A DNA stretch of 64,000 nt from Treponematales bacterium (GTDB lineage: Bacteria > Spirochaetota > Spirochaetia > Treponematales > JBGSOB01), in assembly GCA_041739325.1 (NCBI GenBank), contig JBGSOB010000100.1:3737-67736 (forward strand), given 5' to 3'. A program made the translations under genes and the position numbers. A model generated the notes under the pieces. The model did not search any database. It was not told the DNA's origin and was given only the letters and a program-made list of their open reading frames with translations. Shown here piece by piece: positions 10,046 through 20,135 of this stretch; the stretch's first letter is position 1; every line of letters starts with the position of its first letter.

Positions 10046-10290
10046 TCAGCCTCCGGGCTTTGAGTATGGGCAATGATGGGTGGAAAACGCAGATATCCCA
10101 TTATGCCCTAAGTATTCAGATAAGCCTAGAGGATACACTAGGCTTTGTCAAACTATGCAGGAATTCGCTGCGATGTCTCTTGGCATACCGCCAAGCCAAG
10201 CCCGGGATCATCCTTTTGAATGCCCAGCTCATGAAAGATACGGATCGATTCTTCCTTGCAAGGAAATCAAACATGGGCTAGAGTACCTGC

Positions 10291-12204
10291 ATGGGCATAG
10301 CCAAGAAATATAAACGGATCATTGAATTCCTCTATTACGTTCACCCGGCCCCCAACAGCATACACTTTCTCCAGATTATTCAAATAACCGCCCTCTATGT
10401 TCTATTTCTCCTTTCCCTTAGCTTCGGCGCCATCAATATCTTCCTTAATATAGGGTACCGAGATTACTTCCAAGTCGGGGGCTTGGTGCTTTTCATAGGC
10501 CTCCTTGGAACCGGTATGCTGAGGTTCTGGATGAGCCGGACCATCAGTAATGCCCAACAATGGTTTTCTTTGGCGTTTTTTATTCTCTTAAGCCAAACCT
10601 TTTACAATGGGGGAGGCTATCACGGCTTTGCCTATTTTTATTTTTTCGCTGGTTTTTCATGCCTCTACCTGATCGTCGGCATTAAAGCGAGCGTCATCCT
10701 TGCAGTATATTTTCTTATTGGAACGCTCACGCGGATACTGCTTGGAAATTTCAACCCTGAATCGCTCTATGCCAACCCAGCCTTTGCTTTTAGGTCAATG
10801 GCCGCCATCTTTATCGGAGTCTGCCTGGGCATTACGGTCAACGTGAGTCTTGAGGTGCTAACACGGCGACTAGCCCTCTTGGCCTTCAATGACATGGTTA
10901 CCAAGCTACCTAATAGAAAAAAGATGCAAGAATTCATCCTGGACGCTATTCTGGAAGCAGTTAAAAACAATTCCGGCTTTGCCCTCATCGGTATCAAATT
11001 GCTCAATTTTGGAAAACTCAACACCAATCTCGGCACCCAAGCGGCCGATGAAATCCTTGAGGAGACGGGGCGCCGCTTAAAACTGGCGATGGACAAGGGA
11101 GCTATAGCCTCACGCTGGAGCGGTTCCATTCTCATGGCCATCATCCCCGCTAAAAATCAAGCCGATGTCGCGCGGCAAGCGCATGAAATCAAGGCCGCAC
11201 TCTCGCAACCCTGCCAATCGGGCTCCTCCACCGTCCATATACTCCACCACATCGGGGCCTGCCGCTACCCGGAAGACGCAGGCAGCCAAGAAGGATTGGT
11301 GGCCAATCTTCTCTCCCTCTTAGGGCGAGAGGGTGGTGGCCCCGGTGAAATTCGATACTTCAACGAAGAAATACTCAGATCAGAACGACGCCGCTTTTCC
11401 CTTATGGGGGCAATGAATCGCACGAATCCGGATATCGACTTCCACCTTGTGTATCAACCCAAGGTACGACTTGCCGACGGTTGCTGCATTGGCGCCGAGG
11501 CCCTTATCCGCTGGAAGAGCTCGGAGCTGGGAGAAATTTCCCCGGCTGAATTCATTCCTGTGGCCGAGGAGAGCGGGTATGTGAAAAGCATTTCCCGCTG
11601 GGTGATACGCCGCGTCCTTAAGGATCTAGCAGCTATGAATGCCCAAGGATCAGCGCAAGATTTTCAAGAGGAATTCGTGATCGCCGTAAACCTTTCCGTT
11701 CTTGACCTAAAGGATAAGGAATTCCTCAATTTTGTCGAGCAAAGCCTCCTGCAGTACGCCACCCCGGCAAAAGGTATAGAGCTTGAACTCACTGAACGGC
11801 TCTTTGTCGATGATGACCCTCAAATCCAGGCTTGTCTCAAGCGCCTCCATAAACTGGGCTTCAGGATCGCCATTGACGATTTCGGAACCGGCTATTCAAG
11901 CTTAAGCTACCTCCATCAGATGAGGATCCATGACCTTAAGATTGATCAAAGTTTCATTCGTGGTATCGACGCCAGCCAAGCAGACGCCCACTACCCCATT
12001 GTTGACGCCATCATCTCCATGGGAGCCTCTTTGGGAGTTGAGGTTACCGCTGAGGGGGTTGAAACCAGGGAACAGGCGGAATATCTGCGTGCAAGGGGCT
12101 GCGCAACGGCTCAAGGCTGGTATTACTGCAAGGGACTGCCTCTTGATGAATTTCTTGAGTACCTCCACCGGAATCAAACAGTCCAAACCACGTACAAGGG
12201 CTAA
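10291..12204 (+). CDS. Membrane-bound degenerate-GGDEF / EAL protein (predicted c-di-GMP phosphodiesterase)
   Basis: EAL motifs EALIRW, ELTE and DDFGTGYSSLSYL. The GGDEF position reads RWSGSIL, which is degenerate. Confidence 0.85.
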   Translation: MGIAKKYKRIIEFLYYVHPAPNSIHFLQIIQITALYVLFLLSLSFGAINIFLNIGYRDYFQVGGLVLFIGLLGTGMLRFWMSRTISNAQQWFSLAFFILLSQTFYNGGGYHGFAYFYFFAGFSCLYLIVGIKASVILAVYFLIGTLTRILLGNFNPESLYANPAFAFRSMAAIFIGVCLGITVNVSLEVLTRRLALLAFNDMVTKLPNRKKMQEFILDAILEAVKNNSGFALIGIKLLNFGKLNTNLGTQAADEILEETGRRLKLAMDKGAIASRWSGSILMAIIPAKNQADVARQAHEIKAALSQPCQSGSSTVHILHHIGACRYPEDAGSQEGLVANLLSLLGREGGGPGEIRYFNEEILRSERRRFSLMGAMNRTNPDIDFHLVYQPKVRLADGCCIGAEALIRWKSSELGEISPAEFIPVAEESGYVKSISRWVIRRVLKDLAAMNAQGSAQDFQEEFVIAVNLSVLDLKDKEFLNFVEQSLLQYATPAKGIELELTERLFVDDDPQIQACLKRLHKLGFRIAIDDFGTGYSSLSYLHQMRIHDLKIDQSFIRGIDASQADAHYPIVDAIISMGASLGVEVTAEGVETREQAEYLRARGCATAQGWYYCKGLPLDEFLEYLHRNQTVQTTYKG

Positions 12205-12272
12205 AAAGAAGCCCCCAAACGGCGAAAAAATAGGAACAGAACTACAAAAAGAGTGCAATAAGGGCAAGAAGA

Positions 12273-12358
12273 GGGACAGAGCTTCATAAACTGGGGACAG
12301 AGCTTCCAAAAACTCCGCCACGTGGGGACAGAGCTCCCGCAAGAGAGCTCCCGCAAGC
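12273..12358 (+). repeat. Three direct copies of GGGACAGAGCT (12273, 12294, 12325) followed by a tandem 14-mer GAGCTCCCGCAAG(A/C) x2 (12331-12358)
   Basis: Read directly from the sequence. The copy spacing is 21 and 31 bp, roughly multiples of a helical turn. The cluster lies in the 231-bp gap upstream of leuS. Confidence 0.9.
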
Positions 12359-12435
12359 GCTTTTTTACCCCTTTTCGCAAACGGCTTTTTCGCGCTATCC
12401 TCCTTGATTAAGACCATCGTCAGGAGTGAGCACCC

Positions 12436-14877
12436 ATGGGGAAGTACCCGTTTGCAGAAATTGAGCCTAAATGGCGGAAATTCTGGGAGGAAAACAAGAC
12501 CTTCCGCGTTACCGAAGACCCCTCCATCCCCAAGGACAAGCGCCGCTACGTTCTTGATATGTTCCCCTACCCCTCGGGGGCAGGTCTCCACGTCGGTCAC
12601 CCTGAGGGCTATACGGCTACGGACATTTGGTGCCGTTACCTGCGCATGCGGGGCTACGCCGTCCTCCACCCGATGGGATTCGACTCCTTTGGCCTACCGG
12701 CTGAGAACTACGCTATTAAAACCGGCACCCACCCGGCAACGACAACCCGGGAAAACATCGACCGCTTCCGCACCCAGATAAAAAGCCTGGGTTTTTCCTA
12801 CGACTGGGACAGGGAAATCTCCACCTGTGAAGCCGATTATTACCGCTGGACCCAATGGATATTCCTCAAGCTCTTTGAACGGGGCCTTGCCTACGAGTCG
12901 GAGACACCCATCAACTTCTGCCCTTCCTGCGCCACAGGACTAGCGAATGAAGAGGTAAAAGACGGCAAATGCGACCGTTGCGGCTCCCAGGTTTTCCGAA
13001 AAAACATCCGCCAGTGGATCCTCAAGATTACCGCTTACGCCGATCGCCTCCTGGAAGACTTGGACGGCTTGGACTGGGCCGAGGGCATCAAGCACATGCA
13101 ACGCAATTGGATCGGCAAATCCGAGGGCGCGAATGTCCTCTTTGGCATAGAGGGTAGCCAGGAAAGGCTTGAGATCTTTACAACCAGGCCGGACACCCTC
13201 TTTGGCGCCACCTATATGGTCCTGGCGCCCGAGCACAAGCTAGTCGGATCTATAACCACGGCTGCGCAGAAGGCGGCGGTAGAAGCATATATACAGGCTG
13301 CCGCAAAAAAGTCTGACCTCGAGCGCACGGACCTGGCCAAGGACAAGTCCGGCGTTTTTACCGGGGCCTACGGCATCAATCCGGTAAATGGGGCTAAGAT
13401 TCCCATCTGGATATCCGACTACGTCCTGGCATCCTACGGCTTTGGCGCCATCATGGCCGTTCCGGCTCACGATGATCGTGACTGGGCCTTTGCCGAGAAA
13501 TTCAATCTGCCCATCATTCAGGTTGTGGCCTCTAAAAAGGATTGGGAGGCTAAAAAGGACTTTTCCCTCCGTCCCGAAACCTGCGATATCGAAGACGGCT
13601 TTGCAGTCAACTCTGGGGAGTTTAGCGGCACGCCCACCGAGACTTTCAAGAAAAAGATCGTCGCATGGCTGGAAGAGCGCAAACTGGGCAAGGCCGCCGT
13701 CAACTTCAAACTCCGCGATTGGGTATTCTCGCGTCAACGCTACTGGGGAGAGCCCATCCCCCTCGTTCACTGCCCCAGCTGCGGCACTGTCCCCATCCCG
13801 GAATCCGAACTACCCCTGCGTCTACCCGAGGTAAAGACCTATAGCCACAGCGGCACAGGCGAGTCGCCCCTGGCGGGAATGGGGGACTGGCTCAACTGCG
13901 CCTGCCCAAAGTGCGGCGGGCCGGGCAAGCGGGAAACTAACACCATGCCTCAATGGGCCGGTTCCTGCTGGTACTATCTGCGCTACCTTGACCCTAACAA
14001 CGACAAGGAGTTCTGCTCCAAGGAAAAAGAAGCCTACTGGATGCCGGTGAGCCTCTATGTCGGCGGGGCGGAGCACGCCGTCCTCCACCTCCTCTATTCG
14101 CGTTTTTGGCATAAGGTTCTCTTTGACCTGGGCTTAGTCAGCAGTAAGGAGCCCTTCCAACGCTTGATCAACCAGGGAATGATACTGGGTGAGGACAACG
14201 AAAAGATGTCCAAGAGCCGAGGCAACGTAATCAACCCCGACGATATCGTACGCGAGTTCGGCGCCGACAGCCTGCGCGTCTACGAGATGTTCATGGGGCC
14301 GCTTGAAGTGATGAAGCCCTGGAACACCTCCGGCCTAGTGGGGGTACACCGCTTCTTGGAACGCGTCTGGGCCCTCTCTGAGAAGCCGCTCTGCAATGAC
14401 GAACCTAGCCCGGAACAACTCAAAATACTCCATAAGACCATCAAGAAGGTCAGCCAGGATACGGAGAGCCTTAACTTCAACACGGCCATCTCCCAGATGA
14501 TGATCTTTGTAAACGAGATATTCTCAGTGGAAAATATGCCGCGCAAACTGATGGAGCCCTTTGTGCGCATGATCTCCGTGTACGCGGCACACATGGGCGA
14601 GGAGCTCTGGCGCAAGCTGGGGATGGAAGGCTCGATTTCCAAGGCATCCTGGCCGGTCTGGGACGACGCCCTTTGCGTCGACGACATCGTCACGGTCGTC
14701 GTCCAGATAAACGGCAAACTGCGCGATAAGTTTGAGATTGCCCCGGGTGCGCCCAAGGAAGAGCTCGAGCGCCTTGCCTTCGCGACGCCGAAGGCCATAG
14801 AGTTCACCCAGGGTAAAAAGATCGTCAAGGTGATCGTCGTTCAGGATAAGCTGGTGAACATCGTGGTTGCCGGCTAA
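12436..14877 (+). CDS. leuS: Leucine--tRNA ligase
   Basis: 813 aa with the HVGH (HIGH) motif in [16 protein letters not shown] and the KMSKS motif. Full-length class Ia synthetase architecture. Confidence 0.97.
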   Translation: MGKYPFAEIEPKWRKFWEENKTFRVTEDPSIPKDKRRYVLDMFPYPSGAGLHVGHPEGYTATDIWCRYLRMRGYAVLHPMGFDSFGLPAENYAIKTGTHPATTTRENIDRFRTQIKSLGFSYDWDREISTCEADYYRWTQWIFLKLFERGLAYESETPINFCPSCATGLANEEVKDGKCDRCGSQVFRKNIRQWILKITAYADRLLEDLDGLDWAEGIKHMQRNWIGKSEGANVLFGIEGSQERLEIFTTRPDTLFGATYMVLAPEHKLVGSITTAAQKAAVEAYIQAAAKKSDLERTDLAKDKSGVFTGAYGINPVNGAKIPIWISDYVLASYGFGAIMAVPAHDDRDWAFAEKFNLPIIQVVASKKDWEAKKDFSLRPETCDIEDGFAVNSGEFSGTPTETFKKKIVAWLEERKLGKAAVNFKLRDWVFSRQRYWGEPIPLVHCPSCGTVPIPESELPLRLPEVKTYSHSGTGESPLAGMGDWLNCACPKCGGPGKRETNTMPQWAGSCWYYLRYLDPNNDKEFCSKEKEAYWMPVSLYVGGAEHAVLHLLYSRFWHKVLFDLGLVSSKEPFQRLINQGMILGEDNEKMSKSRGNVINPDDIVREFGADSLRVYEMFMGPLEVMKPWNTSGLVGVHRFLERVWALSEKPLCNDEPSPEQLKILHKTIKKVSQDTESLNFNTAISQMMIFVNEIFSVENMPRKLMEPFVRMISVYAAHMGEELWRKLGMEGSISKASWPVWDDALCVDDIVTVVVQINGKLRDKFEIAPGAPKEELERLAFATPKAIEFTQGKKIVKVIVVQDKLVNIVVAG

Positions 14878-14912
14878 GTCGGTTGAGCCCGACATCCTTA
14901 GAGGGAGAGGCA

Positions 14913-14937
14913 GCGGGGCCCTAGGCCCCGCATTTCA
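14913..14937 (+). terminator. Probable leuS terminator
   Basis: GCGGGGCC-CTA-GGCCCCGC perfect 8-bp stem followed by ATTTCAT, which is a weak T-tract. Confidence 0.5.
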
Positions 14938-14954
14938 TAGAAAAGAGCAAGAGT

Positions 14955-16265
14955 ATGGAAATCAAAGACTATGTCGCCAAGCTTAGCGCGGCCTTCGCGC
15001 TAGGAAGCGCGGATCTATCCGCCATCGCCATTGCCTTCAAAAAGGCACTTCAGGAGGGTTTGGCCGGCAAGCCAAGCCCGTTGCGGATGCTGCCCTCCTT
15101 TATTGCCGATCCCACTGGCAAGGAAGCCGGGGAAGTGTTGGCAGTTGACTTTGGCGGCACCAACGTACGCATTATCAAGGTAGCCCTCGACGGCAAGGGC
15201 GGCTCACGCATAGAGAACATACTCAAGTTCCCCCTAAAGGCGGCGGACGGCTCCTACGACCACGTAAGCGCAAAGGCTCAGGGCGATGAACTCTTTGACT
15301 ACATAGCCGCAAAGATCGGGGAGATTGCCCCCAGCGGCACCATGGCTCCCCTAGGTCACACATTCTCTTTTCCCTGTGAGCAAAAGAGCCTCAACTCCGC
15401 CTTCCTCATCCACTGGACAAAGGAAATCCGCACCAAGGGCGTAGAGGGCAAGGACGTCACCGAGCTCCTCAAGGCCGCCTTGGCGCGCAAAGGCGTAAAC
15501 AACGCTAAACCGGTAGCCGTCATAAACGACACGGTGGGCACCCTGCTCACGGCAGCCTACTCCGATTCCGACGCAGATATCGCATCCATTTGCGGTACCG
15601 GCCATAACACCTGCTACCTCGAGCCGCGCCACCCTTTGAGCGGAAAGCCGATGATCGTCAATATGGAATCGGGCAACTTCGACGCCGTGCCGCAAACCCA
15701 GGTAGACGCGGAACTGGACGCGGCCAGCGAGATGCCCGGCAGGCAAAAGCTTGAAAAGATGGTGTCCGGCTACTACTTGGGCGAGATTGTCCGCCTGAGC
15801 TTGCGGCGCATGCGCGATGAAGGAATCCTCCCCGCCTGCCCCGCCTTGGAGGAGCGCCATATTGTGCGCGGCATGGATATCGATTCCATCCTCATCGATT
15901 CGGTTGATCTGAAAAGCACCCGCGCCTTCGCCTCCGAGCGCCTCGGTCTGGCTACGCTTGAAATGAGCCAGCTCACCGCCATCAAGACAATCAACGACGC
16001 CATTGCCCTGCGCTCGGCCCGCCTGGTAGCGGCCACCTACGCCGGCACCCTCATGCTCATAGACCCTGAGCTTAAGCGCCGGCACAGCATAGCCATAGAC
16101 GGGACCCTCTATGAAAAGATGCCCGGCTACGGGGCCAACATCTCCATGGCCCTCTGCGAGATTTTTGGGGATAAGGCAAAGCAGGTTAAAACCGTCTTGG
16201 CAAAGGACGGCTCGGGCATAGGGGCGGCCATAGCCGCGGCGGTCGCGGCGCGGGCATCACCCTAA
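14955..16265 (+). CDS. Hexokinase-family sugar kinase (eukaryote-type hexokinase fold)
   Basis: [12 protein letters not shown] phosphate-1 motif, an INDTVGTL segment and a [12 protein letters not shown]-terminal motif. The length (436 aa) is typical of single-unit hexokinases. Confidence 0.85.
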   Translation: MEIKDYVAKLSAAFALGSADLSAIAIAFKKALQEGLAGKPSPLRMLPSFIADPTGKEAGEVLAVDFGGTNVRIIKVALDGKGGSRIENILKFPLKAADGSYDHVSAKAQGDELFDYIAAKIGEIAPSGTMAPLGHTFSFPCEQKSLNSAFLIHWTKEIRTKGVEGKDVTELLKAALARKGVNNAKPVAVINDTVGTLLTAAYSDSDADIASICGTGHNTCYLEPRHPLSGKPMIVNMESGNFDAVPQTQVDAELDAASEMPGRQKLEKMVSGYYLGEIVRLSLRRMRDEGILPACPALEERHIVRGMDIDSILIDSVDLKSTRAFASERLGLATLEMSQLTAIKTINDAIALRSARLVAATYAGTLMLIDPELKRRHSIAIDGTLYEKMPGYGANISMALCEIFGDKAKQVKTVLAKDGSGIGAAIAAAVAARASP

Positions 16266-17066
16266 GGATACGTCTAGGAACATCATGAGGGCAAAGCCCA
16301 GCATGGCGCCTAGGGTGGCGATGTTTGAGTTGCCGGAAGACTGGGCCTCGGGGATCACTTCCTCCACTACAACGAAGATCATGGCGCCTGCGGCAAAAGC
16401 CAGGGCATAGGGCAGGAGGGGGCGCATAAGGCCCACAAGGGCGGCGCCTGCCACGGCGGCTATCGGTTCCACAATGCCGGATGCCTGGCCGTAAAGAAAG
16501 CTCTTTGTCCGTGAAAGGCCTTCACGGCGCAGCGGGATGGAAACGGCCGCGCCTTCCGGGAAGTTCTGCAAGCCTATACCAAGAGCCAAGGCTAGGGCGC
16601 CGGCGATTCCGGCTCCGGGGATTCCGGCTGCCGCGGCGCCGAAGGCAACCCCGACGGCAAGTCCCTCGGGTATGTTATGGAGGGTAACGGCCAGGGCAAG
16701 AAGGATAGTCTTCTTCCAACTCGTCTTTACCCCCTCCGCGTCCTTGACATCCAAGCCCAGGTGGAGGTGGGGCAGGAGTCGGTCCACCAAGCGCAGGAAT
16801 ACACCGCCGGCTAGGAATCCTATGAGGGGCGGCAGCCACTTGGGCAGGCCCATGGATTCTGAGAGGTCTATGGCCGGGGCAAGGAGTGACCAAAAGCTGG
16901 CGGCTATCATGACGCCGGCGGCAAAGCCGAGCATACCATCAAGAACCTTTTTATTTATTGACTTAAAGAAGAACACCATAGCCGCGCCCAAAGCGGTTAC
17001 ACCCCAGGTAAAGAGGGCAGCAAGCAGGGCTTGAAGAACGGGATGTAGCCTAGACAGGAATTCCAT
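16257..17066 (-). CDS. ZIP-family divalent metal (zinc) transporter, ZupT/GufA-like
   Basis: Polytopic protein with the [10 protein letters not shown] signature. ATG at 17066 is preceded by GGAGGA; the track start at 17078 is GTG and overlaps that SD. Confidence 0.85.
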   Translation of the reverse strand: MEFLSRLHPVLQALLAALFTWGVTALGAAMVFFFKSINKKVLDGMLGFAAGVMIAASFWSLLAPAIDLSESMGLPKWLPPLIGFLAGGVFLRLVDRLLPHLHLGLDVKDAEGVKTSWKKTILLALAVTLHNIPEGLAVGVAFGAAAAGIPGAGIAGALALALGIGLQNFPEGAAVSIPLRREGLSRTKSFLYGQASGIVEPIAAVAGAALVGLMRPLLPYALAFAAGAMIFVVVEEVIPEAQSSGNSNIATLGAMLGFALMMFLDVSLG

Positions 17067-17171
17067 ACGATCCTCCACAACTTATCTAGTAAACTACGCA
17101 AGCGCCCATTCCAAGTCAATTCATCTGAAGGACTTTTCTTGCCTAGCGCCCCTGTAGGGCAGCTCTCCCCT

Positions 17172-18572
17172 CTAGTAGGTTTCAAGCCTCTCTGCCATAA
17201 ACGTCAACCTCTGCCTAAAAAAGCTTGTCAGGCCCACGCCATCCCGATACTGGGGAATCTCAGAGCCATGGAAGGGCGGATTTTCCGGCCTATCGTCAAA
17301 ACTCTCTAAAAAGCTTTCGTAAGAAAGAAGGAGGGGATCGTTGTCACGTACGGCGTCCTTAATTTGATCGCGCAAACGATAAGCCTCGGCCGCAAAGGCC
17401 GAGCCATTGCCCTGTTCTTCAAGGATTTTCTCAAGGAGTAAACGATATTCGGGCCTCCAGAAGGTGGCGGCAAGACGGCAAAAACGAGACGAGGACTGGG
17501 TAGAGAGGGCAATGACATCGAGGGGAGAGCTTAGTGTATCCAAGCCCGGTATCCAATCTGAGCCAAAACTGTTATCCGTGTCCCACACGATGACATACCA
17601 ACGGCCGCTCAAGCGATCTCGATAAATATAATCGTTGTTGACGTTTCCATTGAGGCTGTCCCAATGCCCAGTCAGGGAAACAAGTGCGTTATAGGCAAGA
17701 AGATTCTCTTTATCCATCAAGGCTCCCAAGTCAGGCCCCGAACTCACAGAGCTTAAGCCGTCTATAAGACGCCGGACATCGAAGGCTCCATCCCTATCGC
17801 CGCTTTCACGCTGATATCGGATTTCCGAATAACTGCCGGCTTCAAAATTCGCGCCGGTTCTTCCCGACCAAGAGCATTTATAAAGATTTCCTCCGTCGTC
17901 CTCAAACCAGTTTTCCAGGAAGGCTTTATCCAGTTCTTCCACGAGGCTGTACACGCCCAGGGCTTGTCCGTTCACGCGCAAGAGGGCTAGCGAAGCGCGC
18001 GGTGCGGGCACGCCGGCCTTACGAAAAAGCTGATAGGCAAGAATCTCCCGAACAAGGCTGGGATCGTTGTTAGAGCAACGGAGATTGAGCGCTACCAAGC
18101 CCATGAATTTTCTTTTGGCGTAATCGGGGCAATAGGCTTGGGATGCAGCACTTTCAGGCGCCGCGTCGATGAGGGGGTCAATGCAATCGAACTTCAACTT
18201 AAAGGAACGGCGGCTTGTCTCTTCAAAGGAATTCCCCCGGCCACGGATTGCCACGTTGCCCATCGATACCCCATCAAGGCTAACCGAAGCCACTAAGCGA
18301 TAGGGCGAGACCTCCCCGTAGGGCTCATGCTCTAAGAGAACCCGCTTGAAAATCTCAGGATCGACGCTGAGGTCAAACTGATGAAGGCTTGCGTCGTTAA
18401 AAATCCTATCCGAATCGCCGGGCACGCTTGCGTCGGATATGCCGGGAGGCAGAGGCGGCACCGAAGCGAGTGCGCAGGAAAAAAGAGAGGCGGCTAAGAT
18501 AAGCGCAAAGCTAGGCCAGAAGAATCTCATTAACAGCAAGGAGATTCGGAAGACTTCTTTATGGTCCATCAT
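17172..18572 (-). CDS. CotH-family protein (atypical kinase fold), predicted lipoprotein/secreted, paralog 1
   Basis: NNDPSLVREILAYQLFRKAGVPAPRASLALLRVNGQALGVYSLVEELDKAFLENWF is the CotH core, and LFSC is a lipobox. The start is uncertain: ATG at 18572 is chosen because 18587 is TTG. Confidence 0.75.
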   Translation of the reverse strand: MMDHKEVFRISLLLMRFFWPSFALILAASLFSCALASVPPLPPGISDASVPGDSDRIFNDASLHQFDLSVDPEIFKRVLLEHEPYGEVSPYRLVASVSLDGVSMGNVAIRGRGNSFEETSRRSFKLKFDCIDPLIDAAPESAASQAYCPDYAKRKFMGLVALNLRCSNNDPSLVREILAYQLFRKAGVPAPRASLALLRVNGQALGVYSLVEELDKAFLENWFEDDGGNLYKCSWSGRTGANFEAGSYSEIRYQRESGDRDGAFDVRRLIDGLSSVSSGPDLGALMDKENLLAYNALVSLTGHWDSLNGNVNNDYIYRDRLSGRWYVIVWDTDNSFGSDWIPGLDTLSSPLDVIALSTQSSSRFCRLAATFWRPEYRLLLEKILEEQGNGSAFAAEAYRLRDQIKDAVRDNDPLLLSYESFLESFDDRPENPPFHGSEIPQYRDGVGLTSFFRQRLTFMAERLETY

Positions 18573-18614
18573 CCCAGCATACCCCAAGCTCCCGGCTTTT
18601 GATAATTCCTTGAA

Positions 18615-19979
18615 TCAATAATCCTCAAGCTTGTCTCGCATGTCGGAGAGCCTTGCCTTGAAATAGCTTGTCAGGCCCACGCCATCCCGATACTGGGGAA
18701 TCTCGGCGCCGCGGAAGGGAGGGGTTTCCGGCTTGCTGTCAAAGCTAGCTAGGAAATCAGGGTAGGACTGAAGAAGGGGATCCTTGCCGCGCAGGGCATC
18801 CTTTATTTGGTCTCGCAGGCGATAGGCCTCGGCGCTAAAGGCTGAGCCATCCCCTTGTTTTTCAAGGATTTCCCCTAGGATACGGCGGTAGTCATCCTTC
18901 CAATAGCGCGCGGCCAGGCGGCAAAAAAGGGCCGAGCTGCCGGGATTGGCGGCAACGATATCGATTGGCGCAAAGCGCGAGTCAATCTGGGGTATCCAGT
19001 CCGAGCCAAGGCTATTGTCCGTGTCCCATACGATGACGCGCCACTTGCCGTCCTTGGGATTGCGGTAGACGTAGTCGTTGTTAATGTTCCCGTTGAGGCT
19101 GTCCCAATGGCCGGTGAGGGCGCAGAGGGCGTTATAGCGAAGGACATTATCCTTATCCACCAGGGCATCCAGCTCCTGTGCCGAAGAAACCTTGGCAAGG
19201 GCCTCAATGAAGGCAGAGATTTCAGAGTCGCCTTTTGGACCGGACTGCTTTTCGTAGCGGCCAGAGCTATATGAGGCGGCCTCAAAGCTCGCTCCACCGT
19301 TGCCTGACCAAGCGCATTTATAGAGGGCGCCGGAAGAGTCCTTGAACCATTCCTTTATGAGTCCCTTATTCACGTCTTCCACTAGTGAGTAGACGCCCAA
19401 GGGCTTGCCGTTGATGGAGAGGAGGGCAAGGGAGGCGCGCGGCGCGGGTACCTTCGCTTGGCGGAAAAGCTTATAACTTAAGAGCTCACGCACCAAGCTG
19501 GGATCGTTATTCGAGCAACGCAGATTGAGGGAAGACAGCCCCAGGAATTTGCGGTTTTCGTACTCAGGGAAATTCCCCTTACCGGCGGAGTCCGGGTCGT
19601 GGCCGTCGGTGAGCGGATCGACGCAGTCGAATTTAAGCTTAAATGAGCGGCGGTTGACGCTGTTAAAGGAATTACCCCTACCGCGGAGAGCTACCTTGCC
19701 CATGGCCAAGCCGTCAAAGCGGAATTCCGCGACAAGGCGATAGGGCGGGGTGGCACCGTAGGGATGGTGCTCGGCAAGAATCTGCTCGTAGACGGCGCTC
19801 TCCATCTTCAGGTCAACACGATGGAGCAATCCGTCATCAAAGAGAAGTTTGGGGTCGCCGGGCAGGCTTTGATCCGATACGGCCGAGCCCTTAACGGCCG
19901 CGGCGTTCCCCACGCATGACAGGCAGAAGGCGCAGAGCGCCAAAAGCCACAGGCAGAAAATCATCTTTATCGTTTTCAT
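18615..19979 (-). CDS. CotH-family protein, predicted lipoprotein/secreted, paralog 2
   Basis: Collinear with the downstream paralog (NNDPSLVRELLSYKLFRQAKVPAPRASLALLSINGKPLGVYSLVEDVNKGLIKEWF). The two share a near-identical C-terminal segment, AFSAEAYRLRDQIKDA...EIPQYRDGVGLTS. Confidence 0.8.
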   Translation of the reverse strand: MKTIKMIFCLWLLALCAFCLSCVGNAAAVKGSAVSDQSLPGDPKLLFDDGLLHRVDLKMESAVYEQILAEHHPYGATPPYRLVAEFRFDGLAMGKVALRGRGNSFNSVNRRSFKLKFDCVDPLTDGHDPDSAGKGNFPEYENRKFLGLSSLNLRCSNNDPSLVRELLSYKLFRQAKVPAPRASLALLSINGKPLGVYSLVEDVNKGLIKEWFKDSSGALYKCAWSGNGGASFEAASYSSGRYEKQSGPKGDSEISAFIEALAKVSSAQELDALVDKDNVLRYNALCALTGHWDSLNGNINNDYVYRNPKDGKWRVIVWDTDNSLGSDWIPQIDSRFAPIDIVAANPGSSALFCRLAARYWKDDYRRILGEILEKQGDGSAFSAEAYRLRDQIKDALRGKDPLLQSYPDFLASFDSKPETPPFRGAEIPQYRDGVGLTSYFKARLSDMRDKLEDY

Positions 19980-19985
19980 GCCTGG

Positions 19986-19994
19986 ATTATAGCA
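19986..19994 (-). promoter_or_regulatory. Extended -10 promoter TGCTATAAT, 6 nt upstream of the CotH paralog-2 ATG (leaderless candidate)
   Basis: The reverse complement of 19986-19994 is TGCTATAAT. Only CCAGGC separates it from ATG 19979, and no Shine-Dalgarno sequence is present. Confidence 0.5.
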
Positions 19995-20036
19995 GGATAC
20001 TGAGCTTAGCGGGAGGAAAACCTTTAAGAAAGGTTT

Positions 20037-20051
20037 CCCCCCCGCCCCCCC
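20037..20051. repeat. Homopolymeric tract C7-G-C7 (G7-C-G7 on the CotH strand), preceded by a 10-bp-stem hairpin (about 20014-20040)
   Basis: Read directly from the sequence. It lies in the divergent intergenic region between CotH paralog 2 and the NYN gene. Confidence 0.9.
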
Positions 20052-20135
20052 TCTTCCAAAGCATTCGGGAATAAGCGGCTTATATTGCCTCTGGCATAGA
20101 AAGGGAGTATTGTTATTTAAAGGGGAATCAAAAAC

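Noticed and set aside
10046-10290. Small ORFs 10060-10281 and 10080-10313 in the divergent MCP / EAL intergenic region.
   Set aside because: They overlap each other in different frames, have no SD, show atypical composition and have no recognisable motifs. The region is more likely divergent promoter DNA.
12273-12358. CRISPR array. The leuS-upstream repeats, the 51-bp repeats at 63576-63677 and the 27513-27558 repeats were all considered.
   Set aside because: Each has only 2-3 units, the repeats are contiguous or irregularly spaced without unique spacers of CRISPR size, and no cas genes are present.
12205-12435. T-box or other tRNA-sensing leader upstream of leuS.
   Set aside because: I could not find a specifier-loop/AGAGA/GNUGGNA-type T-box sequence or a terminator/antiterminator pair. 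The region is dominated instead by short DNA repeats.
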